A stretch of DNA of 64,000 nucleotides from a virus (taxonomy: Duplodnaviria > Caudoviricetes), in the IMG/VR virus record IMGVR_UViG_3300036770_005357. One strand, 5' to 3'. The notes under the pieces are model-generated. The model was given only the letters and a program-made list of their open reading frames with translations. It did not search any database and was not told the origin of the DNA. Shown piece by piece: positions 12,707 to 23,269 of this stretch (within the stretch, counting starts at the first letter, position 1; each line of letters begins with the position of its first letter). A program made the position numbers and the translations under genes.

Positions 12707-12950
12707 TGTTTAAAAAGTCCTTTAATTGTTTTTGGTTTTCCTCATTTAAAATAATATAGTCTGACCAAGGCATGCCATGTCTAAGAATTTGCCAACACCA
12801 TCTCAATCTATCTCGCCATGACAATATCCTACCATCCAGTCCTCTTTCAAATAAACTCAAAGAAACTTTTTTCTCATCGTTATATTTTTCTACTAAAAGT
12901 CCGTGGCCATAACAATCACAAATCAAAAAGATTGAATCTTGGTCTTTCAT
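12693..12950 (-). CDS. Hypothetical protein
   Basis: ORF track, CDCYGH motif. Confidence 0.6.
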   Translation of the reverse strand: MKDQDSIFLICDCYGHGLLVEKYNDEKKVSLSLFERGLDGRILSWRDRLRWCWQILRHGMPWSDYIILNEENQKQLKDFLNNECK

Positions 12951-12956
12951 ATTTAC

Positions 12957-13499
12957 TTATCTATATTCTTCTTTTAGAAGTCTCCATCTATTACTATCTA
13001 TGGTAAGTTCTCCGTTGTCAATCATTTTTAATGTCAAAAGTATTTCATCCAAGTTATTATAAATGTAACGATGTGGAATCATACCTAGTATCCAAAGTGG
13101 ACAATTTTTCTTTCCACCTTCTACACTCAAGAAAATTGGCTTCTTTGCTCTGTTTGCAGTAACAAGCTCTTCTGCGCTACCCCAACTTGCTATATCGGGT
13201 ATAATATGTGCAACTATAAAATCGCTACGATCAACCAAATTAAGATCATAGATACGAATCTCTTTCATTGCCTTTTGAACTTCATCATATTCTTCATTTT
13301 GCAGATGATGTTTCAATTTGGATCTTATATGATTACCTTCGTCTACATCTTTAACAAATGGCTTATCGTATGGATCAAACACAGTTATACCCATCTTTTC
13401 TAGATAGGTACGAACATTTTGACGCCAACCAGAACCGTCTGCATATTGCATATGACCTACTAGATAAGTTTTGGTTTTATTTAGTACATTCTTTTGCAT
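12957..13499 (-). CDS. Nucleoside 2-deoxyribosyltransferase-like / nucleotide hydrolase
   Basis: YLVGHM..GWR..FDP..DLNLVDRSDFIVA..GSAEEL. Confidence 0.75.
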   Translation of the reverse strand: MQKNVLNKTKTYLVGHMQYADGSGWRQNVRTYLEKMGITVFDPYDKPFVKDVDEGNHIRSKLKHHLQNEEYDEVQKAMKEIRIYDLNLVDRSDFIVAHIIPDIASWGSAEELVTANRAKKPIFLSVEGGKKNCPLWILGMIPHRYIYNNLDEILLTLKMIDNGELTIDSNRWRLLKEEYR

Positions 13500-13595
13500 A
13501 AGATATTTTATTTATATGAAAATAACCACATCTAGGACAAGTTGAATATTTTTTATATACATTTTTTCCACAAATTTTACACTTATAACAAATGT

Positions 13596-14183
13596 TTAAA
13601 ATGTTATTTTTCTTTCTATTGTCCATATTGAAGAACTAATTTTATCACAAATACTTTTAATAAAACGAGTTGTATATATTACTAATTGATTATAATATTT
13701 CAAAATATACTTATAATACCACTTATTTTCAAATTCATTTCTGACTTTGTGTTCCTGTTTAAAGCATTCATCTCGTTCTTTTCTTTGTTTATTAGGAATC
13801 GTTTGAAACTCAGAAAGTTTTACATCGGTTACGATACCATCAATTATAGTGACTGTATAAATTATATCATAATCATACTCCGTGTTATCGCTTGTAATAT
13901 AATCATACATTTCAATAGTATTGGTAATTTTGGCAGCTTCCCACCAAGATTTAATGGTTTTTATAGTACCAATTTGTTCAATAAAAGATTTTCCATTTGG
14001 ATTGCCCGGAATATATTCATTTTCTTCCTTTTGAATCCAAAGTGAACCATCTTCTTTAATTTCATAATGTGACAAAAACTGTCCCAAATCTTTGGTTTGA
14101 AAAGAAAGACTATTTTTATATCCTTTAGGATCTTCCGGTTGGGGAAGTGGATACTTACAGTTTATCGTGTCGTACATTCCCAT
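13596..14183 (-). CDS. Conserved hypothetical phage protein
   Basis: MGMYDTINC..FQTKD motif. Confidence 0.65.
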   Translation of the reverse strand: MGMYDTINCKYPLPQPEDPKGYKNSLSFQTKDLGQFLSHYEIKEDGSLWIQKEENEYIPGNPNGKSFIEQIGTIKTIKSWWEAAKITNTIEMYDYITSDNTEYDYDIIYTVTIIDGIVTDVKLSEFQTIPNKQRKERDECFKQEHKVRNEFENKWYYKYILKYYNQLVIYTTRFIKSICDKISSSIWTIERKITF

Positions 14184-14186
14184 AAC

Positions 14187-14420
14187 TTAATTTCCTCGAT
14201 TTTTGTATTCTTCTATATCAAGTAAGAAGTTACGAAATAATTGATAATCTTCAATATCTACTTGTGGTACTCCATCTAGCTTATAATCTTTAACATATTC
14301 CAAAAGCACACCAACATAATAGCCTGGAATGGTAATTGTTTTACCATCAAACTTAAGGTCATCGTGTTGAATGATGATAGGATTGTTTACTTTGTCTTTA
14401 ATGAATAGTTCGTGTTCCAT
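14187..14420 (-). CDS. Hypothetical protein
   Basis: ORF track. Confidence 0.55.
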   Translation of the reverse strand: MEHELFIKDKVNNPIIIQHDDLKFDGKTITIPGYYVGVLLEYVKDYKLDGVPQVDIEDYQLFRNFLLDIEEYKNRGN

Positions 14421-14455
14421 TACACGAATTTAAAACACAATTATAGATTTGTCAA

Positions 14456-14824
14456 CTATAAACTTTTTCCATATATAGCTAAATTTGGATTAGCATATCC
14501 AAACTTCTTAACTAATTGACCCGCTACAGCATTAGCTTCGTCTTCAATTTTACCACCAACATCAGGCACGGGTTGATTTAATTCACCTCTTTGATTTTGT
14601 AAATGATGAATCAGTTCATGTGCTACACTTCTCAATACATCTGCCAATCCTCTATCTTTACAATATACTTTTATTAATCCACTACTAGGATCATAATAAG
14701 CATATGTCCTTAAATCTTCGCTACGATTAGTTACCAACTGCACTTTAAATGGAGTTTCTAAGTTCAACTCGTCTCTTAAGAACTTAATAAACTTAAATAA
14801 AGCATATTTACTTAATTTATCCAT
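14456..14824 (-). CDS. Zincin-like metalloprotease domain
   Basis: RSVAHELIHHLQ (HExxH) ... EDEANAVAG. Confidence 0.75.
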   Translation of the reverse strand: MDKLSKYALFKFIKFLRDELNLETPFKVQLVTNRSEDLRTYAYYDPSSGLIKVYCKDRGLADVLRSVAHELIHHLQNQRGELNQPVPDVGGKIEDEANAVAGQLVKKFGYANPNLAIYGKSL

Positions 14825-14825
14825 A

Positions 14826-15188
14826 TTAGTCTAATGTTAATAAATATTTAAGTTTATTCAACTGAGCTAACATTTCATCACGAAGATTTAATAAATCGGT
14901 ATCTTTTTCAGTATCTAAACCCTTAGGCACTTCATTTATTAAATAATCAATATATTTGTCAACAAAATCTACAGTTCCTAAATCCTCATAGTTGGATAAT
15001 TCAATTTTGAATCCACTTTCACTTTTTACTCTACCATATTTACCCATTAAAACTTCAATAAACTCATCAATTAAACCGGTAAATTCGTCGTATGTAGAAC
15101 CAAGTGCTTGATGTTCGGCATAACTCTTGGTTTGCCAGTGATGTACTTTGAGTTGATTGTGTAAAGTAAGTAAATTGGTGACTATCAT
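14826..15188 (-). CDS. Ferritin/Dps-like protein (DUF5856-like)
   Basis: HWQTKSYAEHQAL..YD..IDEFIE..LNLRDEML..KLKYLLTL. Tandem TATTTATA at 15193-15206. Confidence 0.75.
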   Translation of the reverse strand: MIVTNLLTLHNQLKVHHWQTKSYAEHQALGSTYDEFTGLIDEFIEVLMGKYGRVKSESGFKIELSNYEDLGTVDFVDKYIDYLINEVPKGLDTEKDTDLLNLRDEMLAQLNKLKYLLTLD

Positions 15189-15246
15189 ATCTTATAAATA
15201 TAAATATAATTAAAAAAGAGTATGTATATATCTATATATTGATCCG

Positions 15247-15582
15247 ATGAAATGTGTCCTACATACAGTATTTAATGACGATTTAAACACTTTATTTAAA
15301 AATAAAAGTTTTTTTGAATTTGAAATAAAGCATTTTTTGACAACAAATTATAAAAATATCAATGAAAACGTATTTAAACAGTTTGAACAAATTTTTTATT
15401 TTAAAAATAAAGACGATTTTAAAAATCAAATTAAAAATATAATACTTTATTTCAATACATTTGGATATGATGAAATATATGTTTCCAAAACTAGTATAAT
15501 TAATCCTGACCAAATTGTTTTTGTTAGAACGGATGATTTACTTAAACATTTTACCGTTATAAACAATATCGTTAACATTTAA
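15247..15582 (+). CDS. Hypothetical protein
   Basis: ORF track, fills gap between two minus-strand genes. Confidence 0.45.
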   Translation: MKCVLHTVFNDDLNTLFKNKSFFEFEIKHFLTTNYKNINENVFKQFEQIFYFKNKDDFKNQIKNIILYFNTFGYDEIYVSKTSIINPDQIVFVRTDDLLKHFTVINNIVNI

Positions 15583-16560
15583 ATTTTTAAACGATTTAAT
15601 TATTTTATTATTTAGTACAACAAATGTTTTATTGATTAAACTCGGATCAACTTCAATTACTGTCCAACAACTCGGATAAATTAAGTTTTGTGTGTATAAA
15701 TTATCATCTACATAAACTTTTATATCGACAGATTCTTTTAATCCTATTGTATGGTAATAAAATATAAATTTTTGATTTATTTCGCTATGAATAAAATTAC
15801 ATCGAAATTCATCGTCAACATTATTATATGAATATACAATATTTAAAGTAGATTTATTAAATATATCCGATGGATTTTTTATTTCACTTATTTTGATTTT
15901 TTCAGACTTATATTTCGTTACTAAATTCAAAAAGGTTCTTTCTAGGAAATGTAAATTGGTATCAGGATCTTTTGTAAATTCATTTACAGTGTATGGAAAG
16001 TTTTTAAAAATTTTCCAGCATTCTTCATTTAAATTACCGAAATGAAAGTATGTACAATAAACATTACTACTTTCTTGATTTGGAATACTATTAAATGTAA
16101 ATAAAATTAAATCATTGTGATTTAATTCATCAAAAAAAGAATTTAATTTTAATAAATCATCATCATCAAATAAATGATCGTCTTCACAATAAAAATATTT
16201 ATCATACGATAAAGATTTAGCGGTACCAATCAAAGTTTTTATATTTCTGATTAACGATGGAAAATGTGTATCTTGGAAAAAAACTACATTGTGATAACTA
16301 TTATTGTCATAAAAAAAATAACCTAATCCGTTTGTGTTTTTATAATAAGTGGCGTATTCTTTTTTAGAACAACGATTTTCATTGTAATCATGTATAACAA
16401 GTTTTGATTTTTCATAAATGTATTCCGGTAAACAATCAGTCGTTGTTAATGTAATTATATCACAACCTAATTTTTCCAACTGCTTAAAATTATCCAAACA
16501 CATTTTTATTCTAGAAAACGAATTTGGACTTGTAAGAAATAAAACAACTTTTTTTTCCAT
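15538..16560 (-). CDS. Hypothetical protein, possibly GT-A glycosyltransferase
   Basis: YFYCEDD acidic motif. Composition resembles the glycosylation islands. Confidence 0.5.
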   Translation of the reverse strand: MEKKVVLFLTSPNSFSRIKMCLDNFKQLEKLGCDIITLTTTDCLPEYIYEKSKLVIHDYNENRCSKKEYATYYKNTNGLGYFFYDNNSYHNVVFFQDTHFPSLIRNIKTLIGTAKSLSYDKYFYCEDDHLFDDDDLLKLNSFFDELNHNDLILFTFNSIPNQESSNVYCTYFHFGNLNEECWKIFKNFPYTVNEFTKDPDTNLHFLERTFLNLVTKYKSEKIKISEIKNPSDIFNKSTLNIVYSYNNVDDEFRCNFIHSEINQKFIFYYHTIGLKESVDIKVYVDDNLYTQNLIYPSCWTVIEVDPSLINKTFVVLNNKIIKSFKNLNVNDIVYNGKMFK

Positions 16561-16562
16561 AA

Positions 16563-16793
16563 TTAAGTTACAACCTCAACTTTACATTTATGTTTTGTAA
16601 AGAAACCTTCATCTATTAAATACTTAATAACTAAATCACAGTTTTCCTTAAATTCGGAAAACTCAATATCAACAGGTTTCCAAATTCTAATCGTGTTATT
16701 ATCTTTGATTAGAAATTTTATTCCACGAACCATACCTGTCTTGTTAATGTGATTCATATCTATAAATATTATTTGGATTTTAATAAAAGTCAA
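16563..16793 (-). CDS. Hypothetical protein
   Basis: ORF track, VIKYLIDEGF motif. Confidence 0.55.
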   Translation of the reverse strand: MTFIKIQIIFIDMNHINKTGMVRGIKFLIKDNNTIRIWKPVDIEFSEFKENCDLVIKYLIDEGFFTKHKCKVEVVT

Positions 16794-16843
16794 ATGTGTT
16801 AATTTAACTTGATTATTTTTTCTTAACCGGTTAATTTTATTAT

Positions 16844-17350
16844 ATGATTACTAATATTGGATGGAACGAATGGTTTATGCAAGGTGTATATTGGGTCGCT
16901 AGCAAAAGCAAAGATCCAAAAACTCGTATCGGTGCTATACTAGTAAAAGATAACAGAATCATTTCTACAGGTTACAATGGACTACCACAAGGTGTTTTAG
17001 ATAAGCCAGATCGTCTAGAAAGACCACTCAAATATCTTTTTATATCCCACGCTGAACGAAACGCTCTTTATTCCGCAGCTAAATATGGAATTGTTACAGA
17101 AGATAGCGTTTTATATACAAATGCGCTTCCTTGTACAGACTGTATGAAAGGTGTAATTCAATCTGGTATAAAATGTATTTATATTCACAAGCAGTTTGAA
17201 GATGCTTGTGGTAAAATCACAAGACCTGAGTGGGAAAAACATAAAAATGTTTCGCTACAAATGTGTAAAGAAGCGGACATTCAATTACACGAAATCAATA
17301 TTAAACTAAATATAGAAACATTATTGGACGGAGAGGTTATAACAGTATGA
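16844..17350 (+). CDS. dCMP deaminase (ComEB-like)
   Basis: SKDP.T.IGA..TGYNG, HAERNAL, PCTDC. Confidence 0.92.
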   Translation: MITNIGWNEWFMQGVYWVASKSKDPKTRIGAILVKDNRIISTGYNGLPQGVLDKPDRLERPLKYLFISHAERNALYSAAKYGIVTEDSVLYTNALPCTDCMKGVIQSGIKCIYIHKQFEDACGKITRPEWEKHKNVSLQMCKEADIQLHEINIKLNIETLLDGEVITV

Positions 17351-17853
17351 ATCCTAAATTAGAAAATTATCTTAAAACTAAATTCCCGAAACTTTATACC
17401 GAATGTGGTGAACAAACGACATTTACTTTAGTTGGATTTGAATGTGATGATGGATGGTTTAGACTTATACTTTGGTTGAGTCGTTATTTACAAAGTTATA
17501 TAGATCAACAAAATGAATGGGCAGCTAAATATCCAGATCAATATCTACCTGTAAAACAAATCAAAGTATTACAAGTTAAGGAGAAATTTGCTACACTTAG
17601 ATTTTATGTTGCTGGTGGCAATGAACGAACCGAAGCAATTATTTCTTTTGCTCAATATATGTCCGGATTTATATGTGAATCCACAGGTAAAACAAATAAT
17701 GTAGCCGTCAATAAAAAAGGATGGTATAAGACACAACATATTGATAATACCAAAAATCCTAAGAATTATAACTTCGTCGATGACGAGGAACTTAGAAAAC
17801 TTTTGTGGGAAATGAAAGAAGAAAATTCAAATCAAACCTACTTTGATTTATAA
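17347..17853 (+). CDS. Conserved hypothetical phage protein
   Basis: GFECDDGW..QVKEKFATLRFY..S..ICE..G. Confidence 0.7.
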   Translation: MNPKLENYLKTKFPKLYTECGEQTTFTLVGFECDDGWFRLILWLSRYLQSYIDQQNEWAAKYPDQYLPVKQIKVLQVKEKFATLRFYVAGGNERTEAIISFAQYMSGFICESTGKTNNVAVNKKGWYKTQHIDNTKNPKNYNFVDDEELRKLLWEMKEENSNQTYFDL

Positions 17854-17861
17854 TTATAGGC

Positions 17862-18464
17862 ATGGCGAAAAAAATACTATTAACCGCTGATGTTGATGAT
17901 GTTGAATCAAGTAGTGATAAACCAAAACAGATATCTACAATTAATAGTAATGAGATTTATTTTTATAACGATGTAAATACCGAATCATGCGTACTATTAA
18001 ATAAATCTATAACCGATCTTGGTAAACAATTACAAATAATTAAAATAACATTTGATTTAGATGAACCGCCGCCTATTAAATTATACATAAACAGTGATGG
18101 TGGAGAAGTATTTGGAGCACTATCAGTAGTAGATAGAATCAAACAGTCCGATGTACCTGTTCATTCATATGTAGAAGGTTTAGTTGCTTCAGCCGCTACA
18201 TTAATAAGTGTAAGTTGTCATAAACGATATATTAGAAAAAATAGTATTATATTGATACATCAAATAAGAAGTTGGTTTGGCGGTACCCACGAAAACTTCA
18301 AAGATGAAGCGCATAACTTAGATGTATTATCAAATATAATAAAACAAATTTACCTTAAAAATACTAAGTTTACGGAACAAGAATTAACTAAGCTACTTAA
18401 ACGAGATATATATTTGAGTGCAGAAGAAGCAGTCAAGTACGGCCTCGCCGACAAAATCGTCTAG
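17862..18464 (+). CDS. clpP: ClpP-family serine protease
   Basis: LYINSDGG, ASAAT (Ser), IHQ (His), RDIYLSAEEAVKYGLADKI. Confidence 0.9.
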   Translation: MAKKILLTADVDDVESSSDKPKQISTINSNEIYFYNDVNTESCVLLNKSITDLGKQLQIIKITFDLDEPPPIKLYINSDGGEVFGALSVVDRIKQSDVPVHSYVEGLVASAATLISVSCHKRYIRKNSIILIHQIRSWFGGTHENFKDEAHNLDVLSNIIKQIYLKNTKFTEQELTKLLKRDIYLSAEEAVKYGLADKIV

Positions 18465-18786
18465 AGTTAAAGAAGGTTATATATACATAATCAGTAATAG
18501 TAACTTTAACGGTTACTACAAGATAGGCGTTACTCAAGATATAAATGCAAGATTAAGAACCTATCAGACATCATCTCCATTCAGAGACTATAAAGTAGAA
18601 TATTATATACATCATCCAGACTGTTATAAAGCAGAGAAACAAATTCAAGAAAAAATGCATTATTTTGCAACTGATCGTAAAAAAGAGTGGTTTAGGTGTT
18701 CATTGGAACTTATAAAAAATAGACTTGATGAGAGTTTGGAACCGGAAGAAAAAATACCCTTGACTTTTATAAAAAGCACGGTATAG
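18418..18786 (+). CDS. GIY-YIG nuclease (T5orf172/Mug113-like)
   Basis: GYIYII..YKIGVT..RL..YQT..E..H..EWF. Confidence 0.8.
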   Translation: MQKKQSSTASPTKSSRVKEGYIYIISNSNFNGYYKIGVTQDINARLRTYQTSSPFRDYKVEYYIHHPDCYKAEKQIQEKMHYFATDRKKEWFRCSLELIKNRLDESLEPEEKIPLTFIKSTV

Positions 18787-18787
18787 T
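18760..18787 (+). promoter_or_regulatory. sigma70-type promoter
   Basis: TTGACT-16 nt-TATAGT, closely similar to the promoter at 3801-3828. Confidence 0.75.
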
Positions 18788-18800
18788 TATTGTATAAGTT

Positions 18801-19442
18801 ATGAATACAGTTGCAAATAAACTTATTTGTTTAAATTTGAACGCTCAATGGCAACCAGTTGGTTTTAAGACCGTAAAGGATGCGATTATTGCACTTTGTG
18901 CGTCTGATGCTGACGGTAAAGACAATTCATTGGCACTAGATATAGACTATAATATTCTAGACAATGGTGAACCAGATTTGTCTGAACCAAAGGCTATGAC
19001 TCCGGTGTCTTGGAATGATTGGTTAAGTCTACCTATTCGTAGTTGGGACTTGACTATTAGTTCACCCTCTATGACTATTAGGGTACCTACAGTTATTATT
19101 TCAGCTAACTTCTCTAAGATGCCCGTCAAACATTTCAAGGGTAAGCCTAGTAAAGACGCTATCTATAACCGTGATAAAGGTACTTGTCAATATACAGGTA
19201 AGAAGATTGACCGAAACCATGCTACAGTTGACCATGTAATACCTCGTAGCAGAGGTGGTGAAGATAGTTGGACTAATCTTGTGTTGTGTTCCAAAGACAT
19301 CAATACAAAGAAGGGTAACAAGCTAAATTCCGAGATTGGTTTACAACTATTGAAGAATCCGTTAGCTCCACAACCAGTACCAGTATATTCACTGATTCGG
19401 GAAGCGAAACATGTTGATTGGAAACATTTTTTGATTAGTTAA
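18801..19442 (+). CDS. HNH endonuclease (McrA-like)
   Basis: RD..TCQYTG..TVDHVIPRSRGG..WTNLVLC..N..KGNK. Confidence 0.88.
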   Translation: MNTVANKLICLNLNAQWQPVGFKTVKDAIIALCASDADGKDNSLALDIDYNILDNGEPDLSEPKAMTPVSWNDWLSLPIRSWDLTISSPSMTIRVPTVIISANFSKMPVKHFKGKPSKDAIYNRDKGTCQYTGKKIDRNHATVDHVIPRSRGGEDSWTNLVLCSKDINTKKGNKLNSEIGLQLLKNPLAPQPVPVYSLIREAKHVDWKHFLIS

Positions 19443-19469
19443 ACTTTTTTAGAAAAATTTTTCAAGCGC

Positions 19470-19504
19470 AAGATATATAATCTATTAGATTGTATATCTT
19501 TTTT
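19470..19504 (+). terminator. Intrinsic terminator
   Basis: AAGATATATAATCT-ATT-AGATTGTATATCTT then TTTT. Confidence 0.7.
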
Positions 19505-19514
19505 GTTTTTATTT

Positions 19515-19679
19515 ATGAAAAAACCACGCAATATCACCATCAATGTCAATGACGAAGAGTTAGTCTTAAATGAGGCACAAATCAAATTCTATCAACAAGA
19601 AACTAAAAAAACAAAAGTTGAAAAGAACGGATTACAAAAGTTCTTCGCTAATTTAATTAAGATGTTTAAAAATGAATGA
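19515..19679 (+). CDS. Small hypothetical protein (54 aa), not in ORF track
   Basis: MKKPRNITINVNDEELVLNEAQIKFYQQETKK...FKNE. Confidence 0.55.
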   Translation: MKKPRNITINVNDEELVLNEAQIKFYQQETKKTKVEKNGLQKFFANLIKMFKNE

Positions 19680-19694
19680 TCATATTTATTATAA

Positions 19695-20282
19695 ATGGAT
19701 CATTTTGAAAAATATATAACCGAAGCATATCAAGGCGGATTAAGAGCTTGGTTTGGTAAAGGTGGTTTAGGCAGTTCAAGCGGTGGTGGTTGGGATAGAT
19801 ATGATAGTAGTGGTAAAAAGGCTGGTAAATGTGGAGATGCTAAAAAAGGTGCAAGTTATAGTGCTTGTTTGGGTAAGAAGTTTGCTGCTAGATTGAGAGC
19901 TAAAGGTGGTAAGAAAGCTATTGCTAATTGGGTAAGAAGAAAAAAAGCTGCTCAAAGATCGGCAGGTAGAGGTGAAAAAGGAAGTGGTGGTAAAGGTAAA
20001 GCTCCTGTAAGAGTAAGTTATAAAGAAGCTTTAAGCGAAGTTTTTGTAATCAATCATAAACAACAATTAAAGGATGATTTAATACAGTTTTTAAAACAAG
20101 AGTTTAATAAAGGCGAATTAAAACCAATACATTTAGGTTTAAGTACAACTGAATTTAAACCAGACGATTGGATTCCAGATATCGCTGATAATATAGTAAA
20201 TAGATTAATACAATATTTTGATACAATCCGGGGTCAAACAGAAAGAAATCTAAAATCAAGTATTCCTTTAGCTAAGGATTAA
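19695..20282 (+). CDS. Basic Gly/Lys-rich modular phage protein (probable virion-internal)
   Basis: GLRAWF..GWDRY..KCG..WVRRK motif, acidic second module. TATTTAT upstream. Confidence 0.6.
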   Translation: MDHFEKYITEAYQGGLRAWFGKGGLGSSSGGGWDRYDSSGKKAGKCGDAKKGASYSACLGKKFAARLRAKGGKKAIANWVRRKKAAQRSAGRGEKGSGGKGKAPVRVSYKEALSEVFVINHKQQLKDDLIQFLKQEFNKGELKPIHLGLSTTEFKPDDWIPDIADNIVNRLIQYFDTIRGQTERNLKSSIPLAKD

Positions 20283-20341
20283 CGATAATATAATATTAAA
20301 ACTGGTTGATAATAGAATAGTTATATAGTAGAATAATTTTT

Positions 20342-20641
20342 ATGAAATACTATATAGATGATACCACAATAAAACAAGTTGTTTATTTTAGCGATATTAA
20401 TGATGTTTTAATATATCTTGAACAACTTTGTAAAAAGAAGTTTAAACAAAATCGTAAAGATTGGATGTTTGAAATGCAAACTCTCGGTCATGGTTTTGAT
20501 GATGCACAAGGAGTTTACTTTACCGAACTGATGAGCGGTTATTTTAATATTGGTGTATTAAGAGATGATGGTCGTCATGTAAAAACCAACATACATGAAT
20601 TACAAAGGAATTTAAAGTATAGAAACGAAATGGGTGACTAG
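20342..20641 (+). CDS. Hypothetical protein
   Basis: ORF track. Confidence 0.6.
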   Translation: MKYYIDDTTIKQVVYFSDINDVLIYLEQLCKKKFKQNRKDWMFEMQTLGHGFDDAQGVYFTELMSGYFNIGVLRDDGRHVKTNIHELQRNLKYRNEMGD

Positions 20642-20644
20642 TCT

Positions 20645-23269
20645 ATGCTTAATTTGAACATACAGTGGTCTGATCCAGTTCAAATTGAAAAAAACGGAGA
20701 AGTTCTCTTTCAGAGAAGTTGGGTTATACCGCCAGAATATCTTAATCAGTTCTTTACTTATTGGAAAGTCAATAAGTTTGCTTTAAAAGAAAGAGGTTAT
20801 GGTGTAACTAAACTGGTTGATAAATGGATTCTTACAGAAGTTAAAGATAACCCTACTTTCTTTAAAGATCCTAAGAAGACGAAAGAAACCGTTGACGAAA
20901 AATTACCGTTATATGAAGTGAAGAATCCAAATGGCCTACGTCCATGGCAAGTTGATGCTGTAAGCAAAATAGTAGCATCAATAAATAAATGGGGCGCTGC
21001 TGTGGACGGTAGTGATGTAGGCATTGGCAAATGTCATTCAAAAGGAACGAAAATTAGAATGTATGATGGATCGTTAAAAAATGTTGAAGATATAATAGTT
21101 GGTGATCTATTAATGGGAGATGATTCTTCACCCAGAACAGTTTTATCATTAGCTAACGGAATTGATCAAATGTACGAAATTGTCCCAACAAATGGTGGAA
21201 TTTCGTGGGGATGTAATAGCGAACACATATTAGTTTTAAACTATACATCTAGAAAACAAACAATTGAAATTTCTGTAAAAGATTTTCTTACAAAATATAA
21301 AACTAATCGCCATAATTGGACTTTAAAACGGGTTGTTGTAAACTATCCATATAAAAAAGTTAATATTGATCCATATCTAATGGGATTATGGATTGGAGAT
21401 GGAACTTGGAATTCATTATCAATTACTACACATAAAAAAGATACTTCCATAATTAACTATTTATACAATTTTGAAAACCAAGTAGATTTAAATGTACGGA
21501 TTTATAAATCTAAAAACCGTGAGTTATCAAACTGTAATACATATTACTTAAGAAGTAATATTATTGGTAAAAATATTTTATGGAATGAATTTAAAAAATA
21601 TGGCTTCGGTAAAAATAAAGAAAAATTTATACCCAAAGAATTTTTGATAAATGATATTAATACTCGCAAATCAATTTTAGCCGGTCTTATAGATTCGGAT
21701 GGTTGGAAAGATTCAAATGGTTGTTATGGTATTATAACCAAATGGGAAAAGTTGAGAAATGACATAGTTGAACTGTCTCGTTCACTTGGATATAAAGTTT
21801 CAATACATGATAAAGTATCAAAAAACAATAATTTTGGTATAAACGGAAATGTTTATTATAAAATTCAAATATCAGGCGCACATGATTTACCAATATTACT
21901 TGATCGGAAAAAATCATCGTCTAGAAAACAAAAAAAATCAGTGTTATCAAGTGGTTTTAAGATTATTCCAAAAGGCATCGGAGAGTATTTTGGTTTTACA
22001 TTAGACAACAATCATAGATATCTTTTAGAAGATTTCACCGTTACACATAATACATACACAGCGACTGCTGTTGCCAGAGAACTAGATATGGACATTATGG
22101 TTGTATGTCCAAAAGCAGTCATGGAAAGTTGGAAAAGAGTTATAAAAAACCATTTCAAATATTGGGGTAAATGTATTGGTATTGTTAACTATGAATCTCT
22201 TCGTATAGGTAGAACAGATAGTATGTTTGCATCTATTGTTAAAAGAAGAGATACCCGTCGTAAAGAATTTGTGTGGAAAGTACCCAAGAATACATTAATT
22301 GTATGGGATGAAGCACAAAAGTTGAAGAATGCTAAAACCAAGAATAGTGAAATGTGTATGGCTGCTTTAAAAGCTGGATATAAGATGTTATTCTGTTCGG
22401 CTACTATGGCAACCAATCCACTAGAACTAAAGACGGTAGGTCAATGTATTCAATTGTTTAAAACCAATAAACAATACTATGATTGGGCATATGCACACGG
22501 TGTTGTGAGAGGTAGATTTGGTATGGAATTTACAGGTGATCGTAAAGCACTTGCTAAATTAAATAATGATATATTCAACAATAGAGGTGTAAGACTTAAA
22601 CGAGATAAAATTCCTAACTTTCCAGAAAGTCAAATTATAGCGGAATGTTATGAAATGGAAAAAGAAGATCAAGATAAGATTAACTCTGCTTATGATGAGA
22701 TGAGACTTGAACTTCTTAAGATTGAGAAATTAGCTAAAAAAGATCAAAAGACATCCGAATTAACCGCTATATTGCGCGCACGCCAGAAAGTTGAGATTGT
22801 TAAGGTGCCATTGTTTGTGGAAATGGTAGAAGAAGGTTTAGAGAATGGAATGAGCGTTGTTGTATTCTGTAATTTTACCGAAACAATTAAAGCGTTGTCT
22901 CAAAGATTAAACACACAATGTATTGTTAACGGTGAAATAAAAGATAAAGTAAGACAACAAAACATAGATGATTTTCAGATGGATAGACAACGAGTTATCC
23001 TAATAAATCTAGCAGCGGGTGGTGCTGGATTGAACTTACACGATATAACTGGTAAACATCCAAGGTTGGCATTGATTAGTCCTTCATATTCAGCAGTAAA
23101 TATGCGTCAGGCTACTGGTAGAGTATGGCGTGATAGTGCTAAGAGTAAGAGTCTTCAAAAAATAGTATTTGTTGCAAATACAGTTGAAGAAAAAGTATGT
23201 GATAGCGTCAATCAAAAACTAGCTAATTTGGATTTGCTTAACGATGGAGATATGAATTATGCCAAATAA
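20645..23269 (+). CDS. SNF2/SF2 helicase interrupted by an intein
   Basis: LRPWQ, SDVGIGK|T (Walker A), WDEAQ, SATM, NL..GGAGLNL, QATGRVWR. Confidence 0.9.
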   Translation: MLNLNIQWSDPVQIEKNGEVLFQRSWVIPPEYLNQFFTYWKVNKFALKERGYGVTKLVDKWILTEVKDNPTFFKDPKKTKETVDEKLPLYEVKNPNGLRPWQVDAVSKIVASINKWGAAVDGSDVGIGKCHSKGTKIRMYDGSLKNVEDIIVGDLLMGDDSSPRTVLSLANGIDQMYEIVPTNGGISWGCNSEHILVLNYTSRKQTIEISVKDFLTKYKTNRHNWTLKRVVVNYPYKKVNIDPYLMGLWIGDGTWNSLSITTHKKDTSIINYLYNFENQVDLNVRIYKSKNRELSNCNTYYLRSNIIGKNILWNEFKKYGFGKNKEKFIPKEFLINDINTRKSILAGLIDSDGWKDSNGCYGIITKWEKLRNDIVELSRSLGYKVSIHDKVSKNNNFGINGNVYYKIQISGAHDLPILLDRKKSSSRKQKKSVLSSGFKIIPKGIGEYFGFTLDNNHRYLLEDFTVTHNTYTATAVARELDMDIMVVCPKAVMESWKRVIKNHFKYWGKCIGIVNYESLRIGRTDSMFASIVKRRDTRRKEFVWKVPKNTLIVWDEAQKLKNAKTKNSEMCMAALKAGYKMLFCSATMATNPLELKTVGQCIQLFKTNKQYYDWAYAHGVVRGRFGMEFTGDRKALAKLNNDIFNNRGVRLKRDKIPNFPESQIIAECYEMEKEDQDKINSAYDEMRLELLKIEKLAKKDQKTSELTAILRARQKVEIVKVPLFVEMVEEGLENGMSVVVFCNFTETIKALSQRLNTQCIVNGEIKDKVRQQNIDDFQMDRQRVILINLAAGGAGLNLHDITGKHPRLALISPSYSAVNMRQATGRVWRDSAKSKSLQKIVFVANTVEEKVCDSVNQKLANLDLLNDGDMNYAK
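21032..22051 (+). mobile_element. Intein (340 aa) with LAGLIDADG homing endonuclease, inserted in Walker A GK/T
   Basis: Starts CHSKGTKIRMYDG, contains YLMGLWIGDG and LAGLIDSDG, ends LLEDFTVTHN followed by Thr. Confidence 0.95.
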
